Positions 35,798-45,306 of a DNA stretch of 64,000 bases are shown here, piece by piece (position 1 is the stretch's first letter; the number at the start of each line of letters is the position of its first letter). The notes under the pieces were generated by a model, which did no database searches, had not been told where the DNA came from, and saw only the letters and a list, made by a program, of their open reading frames with translations. The position numbers and the translations under genes are program-made. Source of the stretch: Gammaproteobacteria bacterium (GTDB lineage Bacteria > Pseudomonadota > Gammaproteobacteria > SZUA-140); the NCBI GenBank assembly GCA_016218365.1, contig JACREF010000013.1:15244-79243 (forward strand), in the 5' to 3' direction.

Positions 35798-36391
35798 ATG
35801 ACCGAGCGCAGCGCCAGGGTCAAACGCAACACCCTCGAGACACAGATCGAGGTCAGCGTCGCCATCGACGGCAGCGGCGAGGCCGCCCTGGCCAGCGGTG
35901 TGCCGTTCCTTGATCACATGCTCGATCAGGTGGCCAGGCACGGGCTGATCGATCTCGAGGTCAAGGCCAGTGGCGACCTGCACATCGATGCCCATCACAC
36001 CGTCGAGGACATCGGCATCACGCTCGGCCAGGCGCTGCGCCAGGCGGTCGGCGACAAGCAGGGCATCCGCCGCTATGGTCATGCCTACGTGCCGCTCGAT
36101 GAGGCCTTGTCGCGCGTCGTCGTCGATTTCTCCGGCCGCCCCGGTCTCGAATACCATGTCGATTTTCCGCGCGCGCGCATCGGCGAGTTCGATGTCGATC
36201 TGCTGCGCGAGTTCTTCTCCGGGCTGGTCAATCATGCCCAGCTGACGCTGCACATCGATTGCCTGCGCGGCCGCAACGCCCATCATATCGCCGAAACGAT
36301 CTTCAAGGCGCTGGGCCGGGCCTTGCGCATGGCGCTGGAACACGACCCGCGCATGGCCGGGCAGCTGCCGTCGACCAAGGGCTCATTGTGA
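35798..36391 (+). CDS. hisB: Imidazoleglycerol-phosphate dehydratase
   Basis: [21 protein letters not shown]. Confidence 0.97.
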   Translation: MTERSARVKRNTLETQIEVSVAIDGSGEAALASGVPFLDHMLDQVARHGLIDLEVKASGDLHIDAHHTVEDIGITLGQALRQAVGDKQGIRRYGHAYVPLDEALSRVVVDFSGRPGLEYHVDFPRARIGEFDVDLLREFFSGLVNHAQLTLHIDCLRGRNAHHIAETIFKALGRALRMALEHDPRMAGQLPSTKGSL

Positions 36392-36427
36392 TCGCGCCGC
36401 TGCTGACGATGAGGTGATGACGGCATC

Positions 36428-37084
36428 ATGAACGTTCAGGTGGCGGTGATCGATTACGGCATGGGTAACATCCGTTCGGTATCCAAGGCGCTGCAGCAGG
36501 CCGGTGGCGATCGCGTCGAGGTCGTCGTCACCGCCGATCCGGCGCAGCTGCGCCGCGCCTCGCACGTCGTGTTGCCCGGGGTCGGCGCCTTGCGCGACTG
36601 CATGAACGAGCTGGAGCGGCTGCAGCTGGTGGAGGTCATCGGCGAGTGTTTTGCTGCCAAGCCGTTTCTCGGCATCTGCCTCGGCATGCAGGCGCTGCTG
36701 GCGCGTAGCGAGGAGAATGACGGCACACCGGGGTTGGGGCTGTTGGGCGGCGAGGTGCTGCATTTCCGCGGCCGGGTTGCGGACCCGGCACTGAAGATCC
36801 CGCATATGGGGTGGAATAGCGTGCAGCAGACCCGGCCCCATCCGTTGTGGCAGGGCATCGCCGATGGCAGCCGCTTCTATTTCGTGCACAGTTATTTTGT
36901 CCGGCCGCAACAGGATGCGCTGATTGCCGGCTGCACCGATTACGGCGGCCGCTTTGCATCGGTGATCGCCCGGGACAATGTGTTTGCCATGCAGTTTCAT
37001 CCCGAGAAGAGCCAGCACAGCGGCCTGCAGCTGCTGGGCAACTTCCTGCGCTGGGATGGGAGGTGCCAGGAAGGCCATGATTGA
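36428..37084 (+). CDS. hisH: IGP synthase glutaminase subunit
   Basis: DYGMGN, PGVG, GICLG, PHMGWN, YFVHSY, QFHPEKS. Confidence 0.97.
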   Translation: MNVQVAVIDYGMGNIRSVSKALQQAGGDRVEVVVTADPAQLRRASHVVLPGVGALRDCMNELERLQLVEVIGECFAAKPFLGICLGMQALLARSEENDGTPGLGLLGGEVLHFRGRVADPALKIPHMGWNSVQQTRPHPLWQGIADGSRFYFVHSYFVRPQQDALIAGCTDYGGRFASVIARDNVFAMQFHPEKSQHSGLQLLGNFLRWDGRCQEGHD

Positions 37085-37095
37085 TCCGTGTTGTT

Positions 37096-37369
37096 GTCAT
37101 GCCCGCCCCCGATCGGAGTCGAGGGCAGGCTCCAGCGGGCATCCAGAAAGATCTGCAAGCACTGGATTCGCGCGGGCGCGGGAGTGACGGCTGTTGAAAT
37201 TTTTGAGTTAGTCAGAGAGGAATGCTACTTACTTAAGGAGGTAGCCGGCGGGTAGCCTGGGTTGAGCGACAGCGAAACCCGGGTTTCACTCCGTTCAACC
37301 CAGGCTACCTCCTGGATTCCCGCGGGCGCGGGAGTGACGGCTGTTGAAATTTTTGAGTTAGTCAGAGAG
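37096..37369. repeat. Composite repeat cluster between hisH and hisA
   Basis: GTCATGCCCGC..GCGGGCATCCAG unit (37096-37146); 58-bp direct repeat at 37162-37219 and 37312-37369 with 1 mismatch; GTAG-type REP inverted pair GGTAGCCTGGGTTGA / TCAACCCAGGCTACC (37251-37309). Confidence 0.85.
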
Positions 37370-37426
37370 TGCTGATGTGGGTTCATTGAGTAGAGGAGCG
37401 TGTGCAATGTTTCCGAGGACTGGCCG

Positions 37427-38167
37427 ATGCTGCTGATACCCGCGATTGATATCAAGGACGGCAAGTGCGTCCGCTTGCGCCAGGGACGGATGGATGACGA
37501 CACGGTGTTTTCCGATGATCCGCTGGCGATGGCGGCACGCTGGGTCGAGGCCGGCGCGCGCCGGCTGCATCTGGTCGACCTGAATGGCGCGCTCGAGGGC
37601 CGGCCGGTCAACGCCGAGGTGGTGGCGCGCATCACCGCCGAGTTTCCCGATCTGCCGGTGCAGGTCGGCGGTGGCATCCGTGATGACGAGACCATCGAAC
37701 GTTATCTCGCCGCCGGTGTCAGCTATGTGATCATCGGTACCTCGGCGGTCAATCAACCGCATTTTGTCGCCGATGTCTGCACCGAGTTCCCGGGCCACAT
37801 CATCGTCGGCCTCGATGCCCGCGATGGCAAGGTGGCGATCGATGGCTGGTCGAAGCTGTCACATCATGATGTCATCGATCTGGCGCGGCATTTCGAACAG
37901 GACGGCGTCGAGGCGATCATCTATACCGATATCAGCCGCGACGGCATGATGAAGGGTGTCAACATCGAGGCCACCGTGGCGCTGGCACGCGCGGTCAGCA
38001 TCCCGGTCATCGCCTCCGGTGGCATCACCAACCAGGGCGACATCGAGGCCTTGTATAAAGTGAAAGAAGAAGGCATCGTCGGCGCGGTCATCGGCCGCGC
38101 GATCTATGAGGGCGCCATCGATTTTGCCGCGGCCCAGCGTTGGGTCGATCAGCAGGGTGGCGCATGA
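37427..38167 (+). CDS. hisA: ProFAR isomerase
   Basis: [30 protein letters not shown]. Confidence 0.97.
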   Translation: MLLIPAIDIKDGKCVRLRQGRMDDDTVFSDDPLAMAARWVEAGARRLHLVDLNGALEGRPVNAEVVARITAEFPDLPVQVGGGIRDDETIERYLAAGVSYVIIGTSAVNQPHFVADVCTEFPGHIIVGLDARDGKVAIDGWSKLSHHDVIDLARHFEQDGVEAIIYTDISRDGMMKGVNIEATVALARAVSIPVIASGGITNQGDIEALYKVKEEGIVGAVIGRAIYEGAIDFAAAQRWVDQQGGA

Positions 38168-38952
38168 CACTGGCCAAGCGCATCATCCCGTGTCTCGACG
38201 TCGATCAGGGTCGCGTCGTCAAGGGGGTGCGCTTCGTCGATATCCGCGATGCCGGCGATCCGGTCGAGGTGGCGAAGATCTATGACGTGCAGGGTGCCGA
38301 TGAACTGGTGTTTCTCGACATCACCGCCAGCCATGAAGACCGGGCGACGATGGTCCATGTCGTCGAACAGGTCGCCAGCCAGGTGTTCATCCCGTTGACC
38401 GTCGGTGGCGGCATCCGCGAGGTCGCCGATATCCGCCGCATGCTGAATGCCGGCGCCGACAAGGTTGCGATCAACACCGCCGCCGTCGCCAATCCCGAAT
38501 TCGTCCGTCAGGCCGCGCAGCGTTTCGGCAGCCAGTGCATCGTCGTCGCCGTCGATGCCAAGCGGGTCAGCGCCCCGGGCGAGCCGCCGCGCTGGGAGAT
38601 CTTCACCCATGGCGGGCGGCGCGCCACCGGGCTTGATGTCATCGAGTGGGTGCGGCGCATGGCCGATTACGGTGCCGGTGAGATCCTGCTGACCAGCATG
38701 GACCGGGACGGCACCCAGGATGGTTACGATGTCGCGCTGCTGCGCGCGGTCAGCGCTGCGGTGCCGGTGCCGGTCATCGCCTCCGGTGGCGTCGGCACGC
38801 TGGAGCACCTGGCCGCCGGCATCCTCGATGGCCATGCCGATGCGGTGCTGGCGGCCAGCATCTTCCATTTCGGCACCTATAGCGTCGGCGAGGCCAAGCG
38901 CTACCTGGCGCAGCGCGGCATCGATGTGCGGCTGGCCGAGGCCACACCGTGA
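38164..38952 (+). CDS. hisF: IGP synthase cyclase subunit
   Basis: [33 protein letters not shown]. Confidence 0.97.
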   Translation: MTLAKRIIPCLDVDQGRVVKGVRFVDIRDAGDPVEVAKIYDVQGADELVFLDITASHEDRATMVHVVEQVASQVFIPLTVGGGIREVADIRRMLNAGADKVAINTAAVANPEFVRQAAQRFGSQCIVVAVDAKRVSAPGEPPRWEIFTHGGRRATGLDVIEWVRRMADYGAGEILLTSMDRDGTQDGYDVALLRAVSAAVPVPVIASGGVGTLEHLAAGILDGHADAVLAASIFHFGTYSVGEAKRYLAQRGIDVRLAEATP

Positions 38953-39344
38953 GCAGCGGCTGGCTCGACCAGATCCGCTGGACCAGCGACGGGCTGGTGC
39001 CGGTCATCGCCCAGGAACAGGGCAGCGGCACCATCCTGATGCTGGCCTGGATGAACCGCGCGGCGCTGGCCGAGACCGCGGACAGCGGCTACGCCGTCTA
39101 CTGGTCGCGGTCGCGCCAGGCGCTGTGGCGCAAGGGTGAGCGCTCCGGCCATCGCCAGCGCGTGGCGCAGATCCGGCTCGATTGTGACAACGACGTTGTG
39201 CTGCTCGAGGTCGAGCAGCAGGGCGGTGTGGCCTGCCATACCGGGCGCCACAGCTGTTTCTATCAGCGCCTGGAACGCGGCCAGTGGCAGGCCGTGGAGC
39301 CGGTGGTCAAAGACCCGGCGACGATCTATAAGGAGGGCAGATGA
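38949..39344 (+). CDS. hisI: Phosphoribosyl-AMP cyclohydrolase
   Basis: SRSR..LW.KGE.SG, DCD.D, ACHTG..SCF. Confidence 0.96.
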   Translation: MSSGWLDQIRWTSDGLVPVIAQEQGSGTILMLAWMNRAALAETADSGYAVYWSRSRQALWRKGERSGHRQRVAQIRLDCDNDVVLLEVEQQGGVACHTGRHSCFYQRLERGQWQAVEPVVKDPATIYKEGR

Positions 39345-39661
39345 GCGACACCTTGAGCCGGCTGGCGGACGTCATCGAGTCGCGCAAGGGCGCCGCCCCC
39401 GACAGTTCCTATGTCGCCAGCCTGTATGCCAGGGGGCGCGACACCATCCTGAAAAAGGTCGGCGAGGAGGCGGTCGAGACGGTACTGGCCGCCAAGGACG
39501 GGGTGGCGGACAAACTGATCTACGAGACCGCCGACCTGTGGTTCCATACCCTGGTGATGCTGGCCGAGCAGGGGTTGCGCCCCGAGGCGGTGCTGGCGGA
39601 GCTGGAACGCCGGATTGGCGTGTCCGGCCACGACGAAAAGGCGTCGCGCCAAAAGGGCTGA
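39341..39661 (+). CDS. hisE: Phosphoribosyl-ATP pyrophosphatase
   Basis: [20 protein letters not shown]. Confidence 0.96.
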   Translation: MSDTLSRLADVIESRKGAAPDSSYVASLYARGRDTILKKVGEEAVETVLAAKDGVADKLIYETADLWFHTLVMLAEQGLRPEAVLAELERRIGVSGHDEKASRQKG

Positions 39662-39735
39662 TCTCTGCTACCATAGGTCATTCAGTCGGCACGGGACCCG
39701 GGACCGGCCATTCAAACGGAAAGCTGGAGGACGCC

Positions 39736-39993
39736 ATGGGAATTAGTGTTCCGCAATTATTGATCATCATGCTGATCGTGCTGCTGCTGTTTGGCACCAA
39801 GAAGCTGCGCGGCATCGGCGCCGATCTTGGCAGTGCGGTCAAGAATTTCAAGGATGAGATGGGCAAGGGTGGCAAGGATGACGAGCAGCAGGCCCAGCAG
39901 ACCACGCAGCGCCGCGAGGAACTGAGCCATGACAGCACGGGCCGCGTCATCGAAGGCGAGGTCACCAAGCAGAAGGACAAGGAACGGGTGTGA
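39736..39993 (+). CDS. tatA: Tat translocase TatA
   Basis: [17 protein letters not shown]; GGAGG RBS. Confidence 0.95.
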   Translation: MGISVPQLLIIMLIVLLLFGTKKLRGIGADLGSAVKNFKDEMGKGGKDDEQQAQQTTQRREELSHDSTGRVIEGEVTKQKDKERV

Positions 39994-40031
39994 GCGGCGC
40001 TGCCGCGTTGACAACGCCGGGATAGCGCGCC

Positions 40032-40424
40032 ATGTTTGACATCGGGTTCGGCGAGATCGTGGTGGTCTGCATCGTCGCGTTGCTGGTGGTCGGACCTGAC
40101 GAGTTTCCACAGCTGGTGGCGACCGTCGGCCGCTGGCTCGGCAAGGTGCGCCGTTTCCTGTCCGATACCAAGGCCGATTTCGACCGCGAGGTTCAGCGCA
40201 TCGACGAGCTGAAGCGCAAGGTCGACCAGGAGCTCGAGATCGCCGAGGCCCATCGCAATCTCGATCCCAATCAACCGACGGTGCCGGTGGCACGGCGCAG
40301 CCTGCCGCAGGCCCCGGCCGCCCCGATACCACCCACCGACAGTGATACGACAGCGGCCGCAGTCGACGCGTCGGATGCCGACGCTGCTGAACGGTCGGGC
40401 GCGCGGGTGAAACAGTCATCGTGA
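40032..40424 (+). CDS. tatB: Tat translocase TatB
   Basis: MFDIGFGE...ALLVVGP..FP. Confidence 0.94.
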   Translation: MFDIGFGEIVVVCIVALLVVGPDEFPQLVATVGRWLGKVRRFLSDTKADFDREVQRIDELKRKVDQELEIAEAHRNLDPNQPTVPVARRSLPQAPAAPIPPTDSDTTAAAVDASDADAAERSGARVKQSS

Positions 40425-41197
40425 GCCGCGGCCCGCAGTCATATCCGCCGGATCGCGGCCAGCCGTTTGTTGCCCATCTGATCGAACTGCGGCGCCGGCT
40501 GATGGTGATCCTCGGTGGCATGACGCTGATCTTTCTGGCACTGGTGCCGTTCACCAACGAGTTGTATGCCGAACTGGCCAAGCCGCTGATCCGCTATCTG
40601 CCGCAGGGCAGCACGATGATTGCGACCGAGGTCGCCTCGACGTTTTTTGCCCCGTTCAAGTTCACGATGTTCTGCGCGCTGTTCCTGTCGATCCCGCTGC
40701 TGCTGCACCAGATCTGGGGTTTCGTCGCACCGGGGCTGTACCGCCGCGAGCGCCGCATCGTGCTGCCGCTGCTGGTGTCGAGCACGCTGCTGTTCTACCT
40801 CGGCATGGTGTTCGCGTATTTCGTCGTGTTCCCGCTGATGTTCAAGTTCTTCATCAGCACCGCGCCCGCAGGCGTGACGGTGATGACCGACATCACCCAG
40901 TATCTGGACTTCGTGCTGAAGCTGTTCTTCTCGTTTGGCCTCGCCTTCGAGGTGCCGGTGATCACCGTCATCGTCGTCTGGGCCGGTTTCGTCAGCGCCG
41001 ATCAGCTGGCGGCCAAACGCTCCTATGTCATCGTCGGCGCCTTCATCATCGGCATGATCCTGACGCCGCCGGACGTGTTCTCGCAGACGCTGCTGGCGGT
41101 GCCGATGTGGCTGCTGTTCGAGGTTGGCCTGCTGTGCTCGCGTTTTGTGGCGCGGCGTCAGCCTGACGAGACAGCAGAAGAAGCATCTGCCGACTGA
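40421..41197 (+). CDS. tatC: Tat translocase TatC
   Basis: HLIELRRRL, FVAPGLY..E, FGLAFEVP, LTPPD. Confidence 0.97.
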   Translation: MSRGPQSYPPDRGQPFVAHLIELRRRLMVILGGMTLIFLALVPFTNELYAELAKPLIRYLPQGSTMIATEVASTFFAPFKFTMFCALFLSIPLLLHQIWGFVAPGLYRRERRIVLPLLVSSTLLFYLGMVFAYFVVFPLMFKFFISTAPAGVTVMTDITQYLDFVLKLFFSFGLAFEVPVITVIVVWAGFVSADQLAAKRSYVIVGAFIIGMILTPPDVFSQTLLAVPMWLLFEVGLLCSRFVARRQPDETAEEASAD

Positions 41198-41228
41198 TGA
41201 GGGGTCGCAGGTACAAGGCGGTTTCATT

Positions 41229-41361
41229 CTCCATCCCCCTATCGTAAACGGGAGAGGATAGGGGAGAGGGCAGTCCAGTAGATTGGGCAGAGCGGTTTTC
41301 GCGAAGCCCAACATGTCAGACCGCCCGGCAATGTTGGGCTTCGTGCCTCAGCCCAAGCTGC
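41229..41361. repeat. REP-like cluster after tatC
   Basis: CCCCTATC/GATAGGGG hairpin (GGGAGAGG family), followed by a GTAG-type pair GTAGATTGGGCAGAG..GAAGCCCAACAT / ATGTTGGGCTTC..CTCAGCCCAAGCTGC. Confidence 0.7.
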
Positions 41362-41435
41362 CAACCTTGCTGGACTCGCTCAGGGCAATAGAGAAGTCGT
41401 GTCCCGGGTTGTTTGGCTCGTTGACTTGGACTTGA

Positions 41436-41464
41436 TTGACTATCGGCGCCGAGCTGGTTAGATT
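41436..41464 (+). promoter_or_regulatory. Candidate sigma-70 promoter for the lipoprotein gene
   Basis: TTGACT-N17-TAGATT. Confidence 0.4.
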
Positions 41465-41574
41465 ATGACCTCTATATATGCGCCTTTTTATAGTGTCAGG
41501 GCTGCTATGGCAATGACTCTTAACTTATGAATTTGGTAAATTCCTTGTAACCGGATTCTTCCCATGAATGCTAA

Positions 41575-41703
41575 GGAGGCTCTGATTAATTCAAAAATTA
41601 CCACGGCCGTCATTCCCGCGAAAGCGGGAATCCAGGTATTACAGGTAGTTATGGATGCCCGCTTCCGCGGGCATGACGACAATGCGAATTAATCAGAGCA
41701 TCC
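41575..41703. mobile_element. 129-bp MITE (family B) with CTAA target duplication
   Basis: 18-bp TIR with 1 mismatch, GGAGGCTCTGATTAATTC / GAATTAATCAGAGCATCC, flanked by CTAA at 41571-41574 and 41704-41707. Internal GTCATTCCCGCGAAAGCGGGAATCCA / TGGATGCCCGCTTCCGCGGGCATGAC pair. Confidence 0.85.
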
Positions 41704-43658
41704 CTAAAGCAAATTCATTATTTTTTACTTTTCTCTGGCTCGCCCTGATGCTAAGTGGTTGTGGCGGTGGAGTGACCGGTGTTTTGAGTGGTGCGAATAG
41801 CGTGGTCAGCGGGGTGGTCAACAGTGTCCCGCCGGGCAAATGTCCAAGCGGCGGCATTACCGTCAATTCAGGGATAGATTCGAATAGCAACAAGATCCTG
41901 GATGCTTCGGAAATCTCAACCACACAATATGTTTGCCATGGCACGAATGGGTCAGCAGGGTTGACATCATTGGTGTCTGCGACGGATGAGCCAAGTGGCG
42001 CCAATTGCGCAGACGGCGGCAAGAAGATCAATGTTGGTTTGGACGAAAACAGCAACAATGTCCTGGATGCGAGTGAAATAGTCTCAACGGCCTACATATG
42101 TAACGGATCGAAAGCGGCCAATGGCACTAATGGCACTGACGGCACGAATGGAATAAACGGTGCAAACGGCAGGGATGGCCACAATAGCTTGGTCAGCATA
42201 GTGCCGGAACCGGTTGATTCCTTCTATTGTAAGTATGGCGGCAATAAGGTCAGTAGTGGCCTGGATTCGAATGCTAATGGCGCGCTTGATGATCCTGAAG
42301 AAGTGATGGCCAGTTATTACGTTTGTAATGGTGCGCCGGGTGCTGCGGGGGCTGCCGGAGAGACGGGCGCCACAGGTCCGGCCGGAGCTACAGGCGCGAC
42401 TGGTCCGGCGGGTCCTGCGGGGCCAGGTATAACGTGGGTCGATGTCACAGGCGCATCAGTTCAGGCGGAATCAAACAAGGGCTATATAGCCAACAGTGGT
42501 TCTCAAGTGACGATAACGCTGCCTCGGTCGCCGCTTTTTGGTGATCTTGTCCAGATATCCGGTGCTGGCGCAGGTGGATGGAAGGTGGCGCAAAATGACG
42601 GCCAGTCAATCATAACCAAGAACGTTAGTATTGATTACGAACAATTATGGAAGTCACGAGAGTCTCTGAGGGCATGGAATGTTATAGCGATGTCTTCTGA
42701 TGGGGTTAAGGTAGTTGCTGCAGTCAGGGGAGGGCATATCTACACATCGGATGATTCCGGCGTGACATGGACTGAGAGGCAGCCCATTCCATCCGGAGGC
42801 TACTGGACGGCTGTTACCTCATCGTCTGATGGATCGATGCTGACTGCTGCTACAAATGGACCTGAAGGCATATTCATCTCCTCGGATGCTGGAGCGACTT
42901 GGACGCATATTCTGGGGTCCCCTTCATCGATAGGGGCGCTTGCGGCATCCGCAGATGGAACAAAATTAGTTGCGACGGTGGGTGAGCAAAATAACCCAAT
43001 ATATACATCCGTGGATGCTGGCCTTAATTGGATAGCTCATAATGTTTCTGGGTTATCATTTTACTCGGTCGCGTCCTCATCCGATGGATCCCGTCTTTTG
43101 GCGACATGTAAGACGCAAGATATTCAACCTATTAGCATGCTGTGTACGTCTGCAGATTCCGGAGCTTCTTGGGTGACGCGAGAATCAGATAGAAACTGGT
43201 CATCAGTGGCATCATCTTCTGACGGCTCAAAACTCGTAGCAACTACTTCCGGAGGGAGCATATATACCTCCTCAGATTATGGCGTGAGCTGGGCACCGCA
43301 TGGACGCAGTGGCCTTTGGATGTCAGTGGCATCATCGTCAGACGGTACAAAACTCGTCGCAGCTGAGCAGGGTTTTGGCGGTTATATGTATACCTCGAAT
43401 GATTCAGGGAACAACTGGACAGTACGCTCATCGAATCGGTTATGGCGCTCAGTAGCAACTTCCTCAGACGGCACACATTTGGCCGCCATAGAAGAGAATG
43501 GACATATTTATACTTCGCTTCCATTCAGTGATGGCGCTACAACAATAGGGCCTGCAGGGGCAATCATCGGTGCCCAATATGACACCGCCGATCTCCAATA
43601 CATTGGCAACAATCAGTTCATGGTGCGTGGCTATATGGGTAATTTGTTGATTCAGTAA
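41682..43658 (+). CDS. Surface lipoprotein with three Cys-pair/DxNxN repeats, collagen-like segments and BNR/beta-propeller repeats; 5' end altered by the MITE
   Basis: Lipobox LSG-C; three C..GG...G.D.N.N..LD..E...Y.C.G repeats; GXY runs; about seven W..VASSSDG.KLVA...IYTS.D.G..W repeats. Confidence 0.8.
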   Translation: MRINQSIPKANSLFFTFLWLALMLSGCGGGVTGVLSGANSVVSGVVNSVPPGKCPSGGITVNSGIDSNSNKILDASEISTTQYVCHGTNGSAGLTSLVSATDEPSGANCADGGKKINVGLDENSNNVLDASEIVSTAYICNGSKAANGTNGTDGTNGINGANGRDGHNSLVSIVPEPVDSFYCKYGGNKVSSGLDSNANGALDDPEEVMASYYVCNGAPGAAGAAGETGATGPAGATGATGPAGPAGPGITWVDVTGASVQAESNKGYIANSGSQVTITLPRSPLFGDLVQISGAGAGGWKVAQNDGQSIITKNVSIDYEQLWKSRESLRAWNVIAMSSDGVKVVAAVRGGHIYTSDDSGVTWTERQPIPSGGYWTAVTSSSDGSMLTAATNGPEGIFISSDAGATWTHILGSPSSIGALAASADGTKLVATVGEQNNPIYTSVDAGLNWIAHNVSGLSFYSVASSSDGSRLLATCKTQDIQPISMLCTSADSGASWVTRESDRNWSSVASSSDGSKLVATTSGGSIYTSSDYGVSWAPHGRSGLWMSVASSSDGTKLVAAEQGFGGYMYTSNDSGNNWTVRSSNRLWRSVATSSDGTHLAAIEENGHIYTSLPFSDGATTIGPAGAIIGAQYDTADLQYIGNNQFMVRGYMGNLLIQ

Positions 43659-44038
43659 AAGAAGATTCAGGTTGGGGTGGAATTCCTTTTAAGGAACGCT
43701 GACATAATCCCCGGCTGCAATGACCAGCTGATTGTTGCAAGACGCGCGGAGTGGCGCATCGCATCGGAAGATAGAATATCTCTGAAAAATCCCGACGCTC
43801 CGGGTCAATAAACAAGGCAGTCCGGCATGGCCAGGAGGCCGCTGCCGCGCCATGTGCAAGCAGGATGTCACGCGCAGCCTTCGTTACATCAAGGAGAAAT
43901 GGCGCAACCGCTGGAAGAACTGGCGCGGCGGCGCCTGTCGCCGCACTCCATATCGATCAAGATGATCAGCCCCAGAATATCTTTCAGTCCGACGGCCTGG
44001 TCGCTTGTTAATCCCTCCATCCTCTCTATCTCTATACC

Positions 44039-44398
44039 CTAAACGAGCACAATCTGCGACCGCATGCTATAGAGTACGAATAACACCTCTTCCTGTTCCC
44101 GCTGGCCGATATTGTTCTTCTGCAGGGCGGCCAGGGCATCATTGAGCACGGCCATGAATTCGTGGGCGGAGATATTCATCCCCTTATGCGCAGCCAACAT
44201 ATCCTTGCCCTTGTAGACATCGGGACCGCCGGTGCCAGTAATAAAAAAGGTGGCAGCGGCATTTTTTATCTTGGCGAGATCGCTGTTGGCAAACCGCGTG
44301 GCGATGGCCTTGTTTGCCATATGATTGTCCACGACGTCGTTCGCCAGTCGGGTGATGCCTTCAGCGCCGCCCAGGCGTTCAAAAAGTGATTGGCCCAT
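44039..44398 (-). CDS. Group I-like truncated (2/2) hemoglobin
   Basis: SLFERLGG, GGP..Y.G.DM...H.GM.I...EF with proximal His; AGGAG RBS. Confidence 0.9.
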   Translation of the reverse strand: MGQSLFERLGGAEGITRLANDVVDNHMANKAIATRFANSDLAKIKNAAATFFITGTGGPDVYKGKDMLAAHKGMNISAHEFMAVLNDALAALQKNNIGQREQEEVLFVLYSMRSQIVLV

Positions 44399-44489
44399 GA
44401 TTTATCTCCTATGTTGATAAAAAACTCACTGCAATAATGAAATGGTGGTTGATGCCTTAATAAGCTAGCATTGTGCATAGAGGCCGGGA

Positions 44490-44506
44490 AGTACAGAATC
44501 TGTAGT
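44490..44506. promoter_or_regulatory. Candidate operator between the globin and HxlR genes
   Basis: AGTACAGAATCTGTAGT contains the perfect IR TACAGA-A-TCTGTA in the divergent intergenic region. Confidence 0.5.
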
Positions 44507-44550
44507 GGCCGCAGCAATGATCAGCAGCTGGACTCAACAGGAGGGATTCA

Positions 44551-45258
44551 ATGATTTCGTATGGTCAATTCTGCCCGTTGGCGCAGGCTACCCAACTGCT
44601 GTGCGAGCGCTGGACCTTGATCGTCGTGCGCGAATTGATCGCGGGCAGCACGCGATTCAATCAGTTGAAAAAGGGTGTGCCGCTGATGTCGCCATCATTA
44701 TTGTCAACCCGTCTCAAGCAACTGGCGGAGGCCGGGGTGATCGAGATCACCGGCAGCAAGGGGAACTATACCTATACGCTGACGCCTGCCGGGCGCGAGT
44801 TGCGTCCGCTCATCGAGCTGCTGGGGGCGTGGGGCCATCGCTGGGCGCCGTCAAACTTAAACAAGGGCGATCTGGATGCCGGTTTATTGATGTGGGACAT
44901 GCGGCGCACCGTGGACCCTGCGGTGTTCCCCAGGCAACGCATCGTCGTGCAATTCGAATATCCGGATGCGCCCAAAGGGGAGCGTGACTGGTGGCTGGTC
45001 ACTGAAAACGGTGAGATCGATCTGTGTTTGAATGATCCCGGATACGATGTTGATATCGTCATCACGTGCTCGCTGAAGACGATGTCGGCAGTCTGGGTCC
45101 GCCAGCAGAGCTTTCGTGATGCAGTGAAAAAGGGTGATATCAAGGTGTCGGGCGACTCCAGGCTGACCAGCAAGCTGCAGGACTGGTTGCGTGCCAGCCC
45201 GCTGGCCCGGCTCGGCTCGATCGGTAAAATACCAGAATTGGCGTGGAGCGCTGGTTGA
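44551..45258 (+). CDS. HxlR/DUF24 winged-helix regulator with C-terminal SCP2-like domain
   Basis: YGQFCPLA...ERWTL..REL..G..RFN.L..G.P..S..LL..RLK.L, Y.LTPAG.EL; C-terminal WWL...DLC..DPG.D.D...I.V.GD. Confidence 0.9.
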   Translation: MISYGQFCPLAQATQLLCERWTLIVVRELIAGSTRFNQLKKGVPLMSPSLLSTRLKQLAEAGVIEITGSKGNYTYTLTPAGRELRPLIELLGAWGHRWAPSNLNKGDLDAGLLMWDMRRTVDPAVFPRQRIVVQFEYPDAPKGERDWWLVTENGEIDLCLNDPGYDVDIVITCSLKTMSAVWVRQQSFRDAVKKGDIKVSGDSRLTSKLQDWLRASPLARLGSIGKIPELAWSAG

Positions 45259-45306
45259 GCTGGCAGCGAGCATCTCAGCAATAACCGTCCCATTTCCCCG
45301 GCTGTA

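Noticed and set aside
37162-37369. 58-bp direct repeats as a possible CRISPR array
   Set aside because: Only two copies, too long, the intervening sequence is itself a REP pair, and there are no cas genes.
43660-44040. Possible small gene or remnant between the lipoprotein and the globin
   Set aside because: Short ORFs on both strands with no motif I can recognise; needs TBLASTN.
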